The position numbers and the translations under genes were made by a program. A stretch of DNA of 35,697 nt from Jimgerdemannia flammicorona. Taxonomy: Eukaryota. Below the pieces are notes generated by a model. That model worked only from the letters and a program-made list of their open reading frames with translations. It did not search any database and was not told the DNA's origin. How positions within the stretch are numbered: position 1 is the first letter of the stretch; each line of letters starts with the position of its first letter. Positions 1 to 9,764 of the stretch are shown piece by piece. The stretch is taken from positions 1 to 35,697 of the forward strand of contig RBNJ01000243.1 of NCBI GenBank assembly GCA_003990765.1, given 5' to 3'.

Positions 1-1877
1 TGCCCTTTATTACTTCTGTCTATAATTCTAATAATACAATGTCATCCAAACTCTTAACCAATGCCCCATGGGCCCAACCCTCCCCCCTCGACCTCCCCCT
101 GCCTAAGCACAACCCAACCACCCACTACCTGAACCCTCTCACCACTCTTCCAGGAGATACACTGTACCAAACCCCTGTGATTCCTCCCACCCAGCCCCCA
201 CCCTCACTACTAGCCATTCAAAATGTCCAATAACAATCATTCTCAATGGGCCACCTTGTCCCCAACCCCAACCTGCTATCCCTCCTCAAATATATGAACT
301 CAATGCTCAGCCAACCCAATCTACATGGCCAGAGCCCAACCAAGGGTCAGCCATTTGTCCCCAACCCCACCCACCAGTCTCTGGCAAAGCTCTCCCCATC
401 TCCCCCCTTCCCCTTCCTCCAAGGCCTACAGCCCTAACTGGTCCATGATATGTCTCCAAAAACCCTCCAATACCTCGCACTCACCAAGCCAATGTTCAGG
501 CATTTGTACCACTCCTCCCTCCTGACCAACATTGAAACATTCCTCACACTTGAATACTCTACCATCCACCAAGTGTCCAGACCAAAAGTTCAACATCACA
601 TTCCACTGTAGGACTCACCACTACACCACTCAGAACTTGGGGGGCAACCACTGCCTCACTCATTTGCTCCAAAGCCAGAGTCCATTCCAATCCCACTCCT
701 TACCAATTCCAACCTGCTGCCAGGCTTTAGGCCACAGATCTCCACCCAAGCCCTGTAGACACTCCAAACCCTTGCCAAGCTGAAAATTCTCCACCAGAAC
801 ACCACCCAGTAGAAGCCTGTCTCACCACCACATCCATGATCTCCAATCCTCCTCAGCTTCATCACCATGCCACCAAAGTCCAATTTTCTTAGTGCCATCC
901 ACCACCCCCCACCAGAAGCCGGTAAACTACATCCTCCTGCTCCCATCCATGGTCACCATTGCAAGCAGGTCACCAGAGTCACCACAAGGGGAATACCGAA
1001 CCTCCCACAACCTCTGCATGAGTGGCATCTACTCCCAGCCTCTTAGCTCACTCACCCTCTGCAATCACCAAGCTCTCAAGTAGTGAAGCCACTTAGTGAA
1101 GTCAACTAAGCCCAGCCCACCTCTTTCCAAGAGCAGTGTGAGCACCTCCTAACCCACCTGGCTTCGCCACCCTCTCTAGATATGACCTCACCATCTTCAA
1201 CAGCCCCCTGACCACCCAAGTTGGGAAATCCAAATGATATTCTACATACCATAGCTTCGGCATCCAATATATATTTAGCACTATCACCCTTCTGACTAGG
1301 GACATATACCAACCTCTCCATCACAGTAGAACATTTCCCCACTCCAGAAGTTGTCAGTTCCACCATGCACAGGGAAGAAGAGATCTGAACACTGAGAAGT
1401 AGATCTCCAAGTAACACACTGGTTTGCCAGCTGGCACTACTGTCCCAATTACATTGCCACCATCAATTCCAGCACCCAGTACCAGAGTCTCACATTTGTG
1501 CCAGTTTAGTTTAGCACCAGAATCCCTCTCATACCATTCCACAGACCTCTGTAACTCCCCCACATCCATCAAAGAGCCCAGCCCAACCACTATATTATCA
1601 GCAAAGGCCCCCACCTTCCAATTAATCCCTAAAATGTCCAAACCCCCAATCTGATGCCAAATTCTGTCCAGTAGAGGCTCCAAGGAGAGGGCATACAATA
1701 TGGGTGATAAGGGGTCCCCTTGTGGCACTTCATGCCCTAGGGGAAAGGTCACCTCTCTATGGCCATTGATGACCAATGCTGCCTAACTGTCCTCCAAGAG
1801 ACCAATCAACAACCCTTGGAACCCTGGGGGGATACCAATCTGTTTCAGTACTCCCTCCAGCCAGATCCTCTGAACTC
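1..1877 (-). mobile_element. 5'-truncated, degenerate non-LTR retrotransposon (L1/Tx1-like LINE): 3' part of ORF2 (RT and C-terminus)
   Basis: The minus strand reads VQRIWLEGVLKQIGIP...VPQGDPLSPILYALSLEPL...KVGAFADNIVVG...SGAKLNWHKCE...YLEIY (RT motifs; FADD appears as FADN). It starts abruptly at ~1877, just after where KAYD would lie. Near position 1 it resembles the 3' UTR of the LINE at 2489-8378 (gtaataaagggca vs gtaataaatggta), so the poly(A) end probably lies just outside the window. Many stop codons, few CpG. Confidence 0.9.
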
Positions 1878-2455
1878 TAAAAGATATTTTAGAAACTTCT
1901 TAAATTTGAAGTGATAGATCTCATTTTTAAAAACCATCTCTTTTAAGTAGATACTGTCTTTGGGATTGAGAATAAAGGAGTGGTAAAAGGAGAAAATATG
2001 AGCAGATAGATAGATAAAATCTTGCTATTCAGAATACTTACTATTTATATCTACAATATACTCCAAAGTTAAAAAATATATCTTTGACTATAATTTCTAG
2101 TAAGCTTCTATTTCTTAGCATTTTCTATTTTGTTGTGTAATTTTCATAATCTGGTGCTGAAATTTCTCCATCATATTTATCATTACATTCTGATAAGGAT
2201 ATTTCTTTATCTAATGTTATCTAAAAAATAGTAAAATATATTAAGCTCAAGCTGTATTGATTGTAATGTTTCAGAATTACTATAATAACTACATTTTTAT
2301 ACCCTTCTCCTCAATGATTTAGAAGAATTTTGAATTATATTACCTAGGAATTTTTTTTAGTTACAATAGTAAAAAACTAATGTATTAAATAATATCAAAA
2401 TTAATATTCACTTTGATATTACTCATAGACAGACTTGATTTTATTTTTGTTATTT
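1878..2455 (-). pseudogene. Heavily mutated AT-rich intronless ORF of probable bacterial (MRE-like) origin; function unknown
   Basis: One minus frame reads ...KIKSVYE*YQSEY*F(TGA)YYLIH*FFTIVTKKNS*VI*FKILLNH(TGA)GEGYKNVVIIVILKHY...EISLSECNDKYDGEISAPDYENYTTK... It is continuous if TAA/TAG are read as mutated CAA/CAG and TGA as Trp. It lies immediately downstream of the HAD-like ORF and is cut by the left LINE. The start codon is uncertain. Confidence 0.45.
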
Positions 2456-2473
2456 TATTTATCACTTTTTAAT

Positions 2474-2488
2474 AATGAGAAGAACACA
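2474..2488 (+). repeat. Left target-site duplication of the full-length LINE
   Basis: aatgagaagaacaca (2474-2488) vs aataagaagaataca (8379-8393): 13/15 identical and both mismatches are transitions. Joining the flanks restores a reading frame (...GLLFLVNFIC[V/I]LLIIKK). Confidence 0.75.
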
Positions 2489-5400
2489 TGTACTCTCTCT
2501 AGTAATATTTAGGTTATACAACTTTTGGAAAGTACTTATAATATTATTTTTGGAGAAAAGAAACTAGCAATATAGTGACTGACAGACAATCTGAGATATA
2601 GACTGAACAGGGTGACCCAAGTATGTTTGACTGATAGCATGTAGGGAGGGGCTCTGGTCTGGAGGAGAGTATGAGAGGTCTGCTGGTGAGAGGACATGGA
2701 AGAGAAGAGAGTAGTAGTAGAGGACAGGAGTCAGGAAGGACAAGCTTTACAGAGACAGTGAAGGAGAGACAGTAGGTATCTGGGCTGGAGAGCTGGCTGA
2801 GGAAAGGCAAGAAGATGGTGAAGACAGTAGAGCATAGGGGAGTAGCCTTTAGTAGAGGGAGCAGTAGAGCTAGAGGTATAGTGGCTAGGGTGAGTATGAT
2901 GGCTGATGGCAATAAGACTGTCAATCTGGAAAAAAATCCAGATGTGACTGCTGATGATAGGGCTGAGAGGATGGAGTGTAGATGGTAGAGAGATTTAGCA
3001 GATAGTGTGACAGACCTGGTAGTGGCCCCATTACTCAAGAAGTCAATCTTGGAGTTTATGGTTACTTTGTATTTCTAGAACTTAGCAGTAATAGTGAAAA
3101 TAGTACTGGGGCTAATTGCTAAGCAGGTGGCTAGAGCAGCATCAGTGAAGTTTCTGAAGAGATTGAAGGGAGTGGAGGTGGGCTTTGAGGAGGCTGGGTC
3201 TTTGAAGGATGTGCTGAAGACTAAACTGACTGTTAGAGAGATGTGTGTTTTAATGATATACTGCTTGAGATGGGACCCCAGGGTGGTGCAGCTATTGATA
3301 AAAGGAGTGCCCATAGTGACCATAGTGGAGTTGAGGAGGAGAGTCAAGGAAGTTATGGCTGAGTATGGGGAGGTAGTGGATGTTAAATTTAGGGTCTGGA
3401 AAGGGACCTCATTTGGGACTGGAGATATTGATGTCAGGATTCAGTTAGCAGAGAAAAAGGCTACTGGGAAGGCAAGGAACTGACCTTTGATGATAGTCTA
3501 GAGAGTAATCTTGTACAAGGTGATGAGAGTGAAGGAGAGTAAGGAGAAGGAAGAGAACTTGTTAGAAGTACTGGAAGAGCTGAGTGATACAGTAGAGTGG
3601 TAGGTGAAGGCTTGAAAGACTTATATAGAGTTAACACATTTGGAGATAGTAGATGAGAAGTAGATTTGAATAGACAAGGGGTAGTGGGAATGGGCCCAGA
3701 GATACAAGAGGCAGAGGGAGCTGCTGGCTAACCTGGAGAGTAAAACAAAGAAGGATGCAGATGGAATTGAGGAGGCAGGGGGAGCCAAAGCAAGCATCTG
3801 GGTCAGTGAGAGTAGAGAGAATGGAGGGAAGAGACCAGGAGAGGACAGAGAGGTGACTGGTAATAACCTATATACAGATGATATGTTTGAAGTCTGAGAG
3901 GAGGCCTGAGAGGACTCCCCTACTCTTACTCCTCTTATCAGATAAGGTCCAGCTTCTAGGAGCAGAGTGGCAGAGAATGTGTCTATGTAGGGGGTCCAGT
4001 GAGTACAATTTGAAGTTCCTGAGGTGGTAAAAGGGGGACAAGTAGTAGCAGTTGATAAGGAGAAACTGGTGGATGTCTCAGAGGAGTGAGATGAGTCTGT
4101 AAGTATAGGAACTGATACCACAATGCTGGATGGAGAGAGGCCAGCAACTTTAGAGAGAAAGGAGGTGGGGAACCTACTTTGGGTATGCAGGATAATGAAT
4201 AACTTAGTGGTTGAAAAGTTGGAGGAAGTGGACCTTAGAGTGATAAGTGATAAGTATTGGGCATGGATTCTGTAAGGTAATGGAGTAATGGTGGCATTGA
4301 AGGCAGAAATCCTTATAGTGTACTTGGAGGAGGAAGAATATGAAGTGGATAAGGAGAGGGAGACAGAGCTGGCAGTTGTTGCTGGTGAGCAGGCCACCTA
4401 CTGTTGGGTTAAGTATCATAGATTGCAGCTCTGATAGGAGGCCTGCCTAGAGTACTATGATGATTTTGAGGAAAAGGTAAATGGAGAGATAAATGAGCTA
4501 TTGGCTGGATTGGAGGCTAAGAGGGCTGAAGAGGAAGAGGGGTCTGCTGAACATAATCTGGATATGGTACAGAAAGTAATAAGTATAAAGCAGTAGAGGA
4601 TAAACTTGATAATATATAATATTTCCTTATGAATAGTATAACTAACATTTTTTCTTTGAATATAAATAGGTTATAGAGCTCTTCTTGATATAGGAACATT
4701 TTTACTTAGCTAAAGAGATTGGAGACTGATCTTTTCCTTTTACAGGATATCAAATGTGAGAATGATTTGGATAGGCTGGAATGGATGAAGAAATAGAGAG
4801 GTGAGATAGTTTGAAAGAGTAAGATTGGAATTCTAGTTTAGAGAGGCAGAGGGAAAATATATGATATGAGGAGCTGGAGAGATAGATTGGTCTAAGGAGA
4901 GTAGATACAAACAGGTTGGGAGCCAGTTACAGTAGATTTCTACTACTGCCCTACTGTATGGGGTAAGCATATAGATTGGGTAAAGGGTCTCTAAGAGAGT
5001 GGAGCCCTTATAGAGGCTAGAATGGATATGCTTGGTGGGGACTTTAATATAGTCAGAGATGTACTGGTGGATAGAACCAATGGAGGACAGAGAGCTGAGG
5101 GTAGGAGTGGAGGGCATAGTAATATAGAAGAAAGTAGAAAGGCTAAGTGCTCTAGTGAATGCTAGCAGGGAGTTTTGGTGAGATAGGAGGGTGTACATAC
5201 ATTGGGCAGGTGGCCTGGGGATAAGGATTGACTAGATTCTAACAGTAAGCTGCTGGGGTTTGGATGTTTAGAAGTTGCTGGAGACAAAGTGGTGTCTATG
5301 GTTGAATAATTAGGAGCTGCTAGGATAGAGACATTTTGGGGAGAGTGGGGACAGGCCTGGACATTGGTGCCTCAATTCCTCTTTATTAGATGATAGAGTA

Positions 5401-8378
5401 TTGTGAGATAAGTGGGCTGAAGACATTCAACAGAAGGTGGAGAACTGGAGGCAAGAAGGTGCCCCAGTTGGTATTAGGTATATGAGGATGAAAGAGACTG
5501 CTAGAGTCTACTAGAGTGAGGCTGGCAAGGAGGCTGGAAGACAGAGAAAGTAAAGAGTGAGATGAGCTTCTGCTAGACTGGCTAGACTCTTGAAAGATTG
5601 GGCAGAGCTAGTAACACTAGAGGGGGGAGAGGATTGGAGATTAATGTGAGTAAAAATGGAGGTTGGGGAATTATAACAGATGTTGTAGGAAGAGGAGAAG
5701 GTATAGGTGTAGAGTTTGGTGGCATGGTTACATTAGTAGGGTTTGGAGGAAGGGAAAAGATCTTCTAAGTATCTCAAGGGCCCTTCAGATAAGAAGAATG
5801 AAGTAGAGGTGGGAGAGGGTACTAGACTCTAATGGTTTACTAGTGTATGATATATAAGACATTATTGGATCATTAAAGGAGTAATGGATTGGTTTATAGA
5901 GTAAGGAGGAGGGTGGGGCTGATACTGCCACTATTAACTAGATATTGGAGGATTGGCACTCCTTATAGGCAGAAGGGCTGAGTGGCTTGATGATACCAGT
6001 TCAAGAGGAGAAGATCTTCTAGGTTCTTGCCACAACTATGCTGGACACAGTATCTGGAGAAGATGGTCTGCCTTGAAACTTCTGGAGGAAGATAGTAGGA
6101 GTCCCTGGAGTACTGGGAGAGCTGATGGCATTATGTGATTTGATACTATAGTCAGAGAGATGAATGGGAGAGCAGGATCTGAGGCTGGTGACACTGCTCT
6201 ATAAGAATAAGAGAAGGAGAGAGGACTGGAAGAACTAGTAGTCAATCATACTGCTAGATATAGATAGAAAGTTGGTTACTAAGGTATTAGTTGTAAGGCT
6301 ACAGAAGGTGACCTGATAAGTCTTGGGTATTGAACAGAGGGGTTTTATAAAGGCTGGCTCATTAGGGATAGCATAGCTTGGATATATAGAGTTATTGAAG
6401 GGGTATGAGCTTGTGGACTAGATGGGTGACTGGTCTTCCTAGATCAGAAGAAGGCATATGACCAAGTGAGGCAAGTCTGGTTGGTGAAGGTATTGGATAG
6501 GATTGGAGTACCTCACCAGTTTCAGTTGGCAATAGTCAGTCTACTGAAAGAGAGTCAGGCTGTACTCATGTATAATGGGCATAGAGGGGTGATATTTCCT
6601 CTGAGTAGAAATGTGCCCCAGGGGGACCCACTGTTCCCCATTCTGTATACTCTTTCTCTAGAGCCTTTGATGGATAGAATTAGACAGAAGATAGTTAGGC
6701 TCTCAATTTTTAGAATTGGGTAAAAAGTTAGTACCTTTGCAGATGATATAGTGATCAGCCCAAGATTAGTTGCTGATGTTGAGGAGTTCAAGGAGACAGT
6801 AAAGTGGTATGAGGTACACTCTGGGGCTAAACTCAATTGGCATAAGTGTGAAACAATAGTGTTAGGCAATAGTCTAGTGAGAGGAGATATCATTGGAACA
6901 ATTGTCTCTACTGGAGAGGCAGTGTAGTACTTGGGTATCTATTTATCAGTATATGGGTCAGTCCTATAAAGACTTTGGTGGAAATAGAGAATTGCAATCT
7001 GGGGGTAGACCTTGCAGAGTTGGGGAGGTTGCCACTTGTCTTTGACAGGATGTGTTTTGATTTTGAATATCTACTGATTGCTAAAGCTATAGTATTTGAC
7101 CTATCACCTGGACTTCTCAGCCTAGGTGATAAAGAGACTGATGAAACTGGCCAAGAGATAGATCTGGGCTAGAAGAAGAAGTCAGATCAGCTGAGAGGTC
7201 TTGTCCTTATCAGTAGTGAGAGAAGGTCTTGGACTAGTTGACTTTCCGAAGAGACTGTACTACCTGAGAGCATGATGGTTAAAGAGAGTAGTAGAGTTGA
7301 GAGAGAGTGGCTGGATCTCTCTGATGCAAAAGGTCTGAGAGATGAGGTTCTTACTAAGAGGCTCTATAGAAGATCTACTATCCTTAGTTAGGTTTTGAAA
7401 CACTAGACATATGAGGTACAAAGGCTTCTGGTGAGAAGTGACAGATAGGGTGTACTATATTGGAATATACTGGCAGAGAAATAAAGAGGAGGTGCCTTGG
7501 GACTCAGTAATGTGAAGATGAGACTGAATATTGTTAGTGGGTATTCTCCTAATTGAGTTTGACATTAGTGATGAGATCAAGTGCTAGAGAGGACCAGGCC
7601 AGGATCTGTAGTCTGGTGAATGATAGTTGGCAGATATCAGAGAGAAGTGGAACTGATATAAGATCTGGGTCTGAAGTATTGAGGTGAGGAGATAGCTGCT
7701 GCTGAAGTACTAGATGATCTGATGGTATATGCTATAGAGAAATATTATGCTCAACTTCTACTTGAGTTACCTTATTAAGGGGAGATACTTCAACTGTAAG
7801 GAGTATCACAATATAGGGCAGAAAGGGGGATGTATACAGATACCAGAATATTGGCTAGGAGAGTATGAGATACTTAGTGACTTTTAGCTGACTATTGGAA
7901 ATCAATTAGGTATAGTGTGTAGAGGGGATAGTGAGCAGGGTCAGTGGGAGAATTTGAGAGATAGATTGGTGAGGGGGGTAAGAAAGGAGTAGCTTACTTT
8001 AGATTGGATTTTGGTAATTTGGATAGGGCTAGCAAATTACTGGTTATTTGTTTTTAAGGATAGAAGGAGACTGAGTTTGGGGGTGCAGCTATTGAGATAG
8101 CAAGGGCTTATAGAAGACATTATGATAGGCTGGTGACTTGGTTGGGGTTTGCAGAGTGGTCAGAGATATTACTTAGTAGAGAAAATCTGTGAGTAGAGTA
8201 GGGAGAGAATTGAGATAGTGGGTGAGAAAGTGATCTTTATTTATGAAAGTGTGAGGGGGGGCTCTCCTATGGGGATTGGATAGTAGGAGGTAATACTGTA
8301 ACTATATTAATAGACTGGTAATAAATGGTAAAGTCTAAGTAACTATAAAAAAAAAATAAAAATAAAAAAATAAAAAAA
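2489..8378 (+). mobile_element. Full-length (~5.9 kb) degenerate L1/Tx1-like LINE: ORF1 (RRM-like), ORF2 (APE endonuclease + RT), poly(A) tail
   Basis: ORF1-like segment LLIKGVP...VMAEYGEVVDVKFRVWKGTSFGTGDIDVRIQL (3094-3483). ORF2 from ~4629 has APE motifs IFSLNIN, DLFLLQD, LGGDFNIV and RID. RT motifs: SGEDGLP, LVTLLYKNK..DWKN**SI (=NWRPI), EQRGF, LDQKKAYDQV, PQGDPLFP, FADD, SGAKLNWHKCE, YLGI. A-rich tail at 8347-8380 and a flanking TSD. Purine-rich sense strand, full of stops. Confidence 0.93.
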
Positions 8379-8393
8379 AATAAGAAGAATACA
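8379..8393 (+). repeat. Right target-site duplication of the full-length LINE
   Basis: aataagaagaataca directly after the poly(A) tail; matches 2474-2488 at 13/15. Confidence 0.75.
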
Positions 8394-9348
8394 AATAAAG
8401 TTCACCAGAAAAAGCAGACCATAAATAGTATCAGCTTTGTCTCAATTTTGTCTTCTTACTTACTAATTGTACTGAGCAATCTTGACTTACTTTTGGATTT
8501 TCAACTTTTCTTATTTTTGATAATATTCAGTAGTAGCTTTTATAAAGTTTTCATTTTTAAGATCTTCTACAATGGTAGTTTTAACATGATAGATATTAGA
8601 GGCTTTGATACATCTGTTGGGAGTATAATCAGATAGAATCAAATATTTATTAAGGAAAAATTTTCTTATTTTTTCTATTATAACTAAATTATTATTAATA
8701 AAAATATTAAAGTCTGGGTTCTTCTCTTTCAATCATACTCAATGAGTGAGATGTCAATTATCTCTATCTTTAGCAGGAGGTTTGGTTTTGATAAATAATA
8801 AACAGATATTAGGAAAGATCTCTAACATTTTCTGAAAAGTTTTTGTTTTTCTAAGATTAACTTATAGAATTACCAGCTGAATCCTTATATCTTCCTTTCA
8901 GAGTGACAGTTAAAATAATTAATTCCTCAATTAATTAACTATCCTGGAATACTAATAACAATTCCTTTTCAATAAAAAGAAAAGACAAACAATTATAAAA
9001 AGTAGGTTGATCACTATAATGTTACTTATTATTTTTAGGGGGTTTTTTTTTTAATTTTTTTCTTTCTTTCCAATTATTAAGATTAATTCTTTCCTTTTCA
9101 TTAGAATCATCAGGATCAATGTAGGAAAATTCTCAACAATTAGTGTTTATTTTAGTATTAGGAGAAAATTAATAACCTTCATTATTATAAAGTATAATTT
9201 CTGCTTTATTCAAAATCTTTTAAAGTATTCCGCGAAATTTATACAAACATTCATCCCAATCGCAAATAATTTTTAACTTTCTCCCTTTGAGTTTGACTTG
9301 CTCTTTGATAAAAGTGTAAAGGGAATCAATTTTGTTTTGATTATTCAC
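8379..9348 (-). pseudogene. HAD-superfamily phosphatase/nucleotidase-like pseudogene with C-terminal hydrophobic segment, probably from a Mollicutes-related endobacterium; last codons continue at 2473-2459
   Basis: From GTG 9348: (M)NNQNKIDSLYTFIKEQVKLKGRKLKIICDWDECL (HAD motif I, DxD). After frameshifts: ...LIEELIILTVT...H(TGA)V(TGA)LKEKNPDFNIFINNN (likely decayed motif IV DIFIDDN)...YLILSDY...NIYHVKTTI-EDLKNENF...TIYGLLFLVNFICILLI. Intronless, AT-rich, K/N/I-rich. The MRE attribution is from my recollection of similar MRE proteins and is not verified by search. Confidence 0.6.
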
Positions 9349-9362
9349 TTTAATAATTTTAT

Positions 9363-9500
9363 TTATTGATTGTGTGGCTTTGGACAAGTGATATCTTTGA
9401 ACAAAGGGGCGAATATTGTGATAAAGGTATTCTTGCTGCTCATATTTCATAGGAAGAGGCACCAGCACTGGAAATGATAATGTCTTAATTTTTTCTATGC
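9363..9500 (-). mobile_element. C-terminal remnant of a DNA-transposon transposase (possibly Sola-type)
   Basis: IEKIKTLSFPVLVPLPMKYEQQEYLYHNIRPFV, then after a frameshift FKDITCPKPHNQ* (stop 9363-9365). This resembles the xxQxYLYxxIRPFV...DITCPKP C-terminus I recall from fungal DNA-transposon proteins. Confidence 0.5.
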
Positions 9501-9600
9501 GCTAAACGAACGTTTGTCAAGAAACGATCCTAGTAGTAGTGGCGAACGTATCTAAGATTTACGAGACCTCACGAAGTGACTTCTCTGGTTCTCGGGCGTG

Positions 9601-9693
9601 ATAATGCTCTTAAGAATTTACACACTAAGGGGTTCTCAACCCTGTTGTAGAAAATCACGCAATCTCACGACATTCTTAAGTAGAGCACGATAT
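9601..9693. repeat. Imperfect inverted repeat; candidate DNA-transposon terminus
   Basis: tgctc...ttaagaat (9605-9617) is an inverted, gapped match to attcttaag-tag-agcacg (9672-9689), which is followed by ATAT (9690-9693). On the minus strand this reads ATAT|CGTGCTCTACTTAAG, which looks like a TIR plus 4-bp target. Confidence 0.35.
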
Positions 9694-9764
9694 TTTATTT
9701 TCATACATGCAAACATATCCCTAATTTAAGCACATTATCATGAAAAAAGTACCCAACCCACTTT

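Noticed and set aside
39..1654. Pro-rich plus-strand ORFs
   Set aside because: Antisense to the degenerate minus-strand LINE.
2544..5198. Ser/Leu/Thr-rich minus-strand ORFs (2544-3038, 3621-4397, 4833-5198)
   Set aside because: Antisense shadows of the purine-rich LINE sense strand, with no domain motifs.
1878..9348. AT-rich segments as a mitochondrial insertion (NUMT) or a chimeric contaminant
   Set aside because: No recognisable mitochondrial gene, rRNA or homing endonuclease motif. The TSD-flanked host LINE and shared mutation signature argue for real nuclear residence, though read-level confirmation is still needed.
9220..9468. 82-aa ORF as a genuine single gene
   Set aside because: It appears to be a chance in-frame fusion of a transposase C-terminal remnant and the start of the HAD-like gene, bounded by frameshifts.
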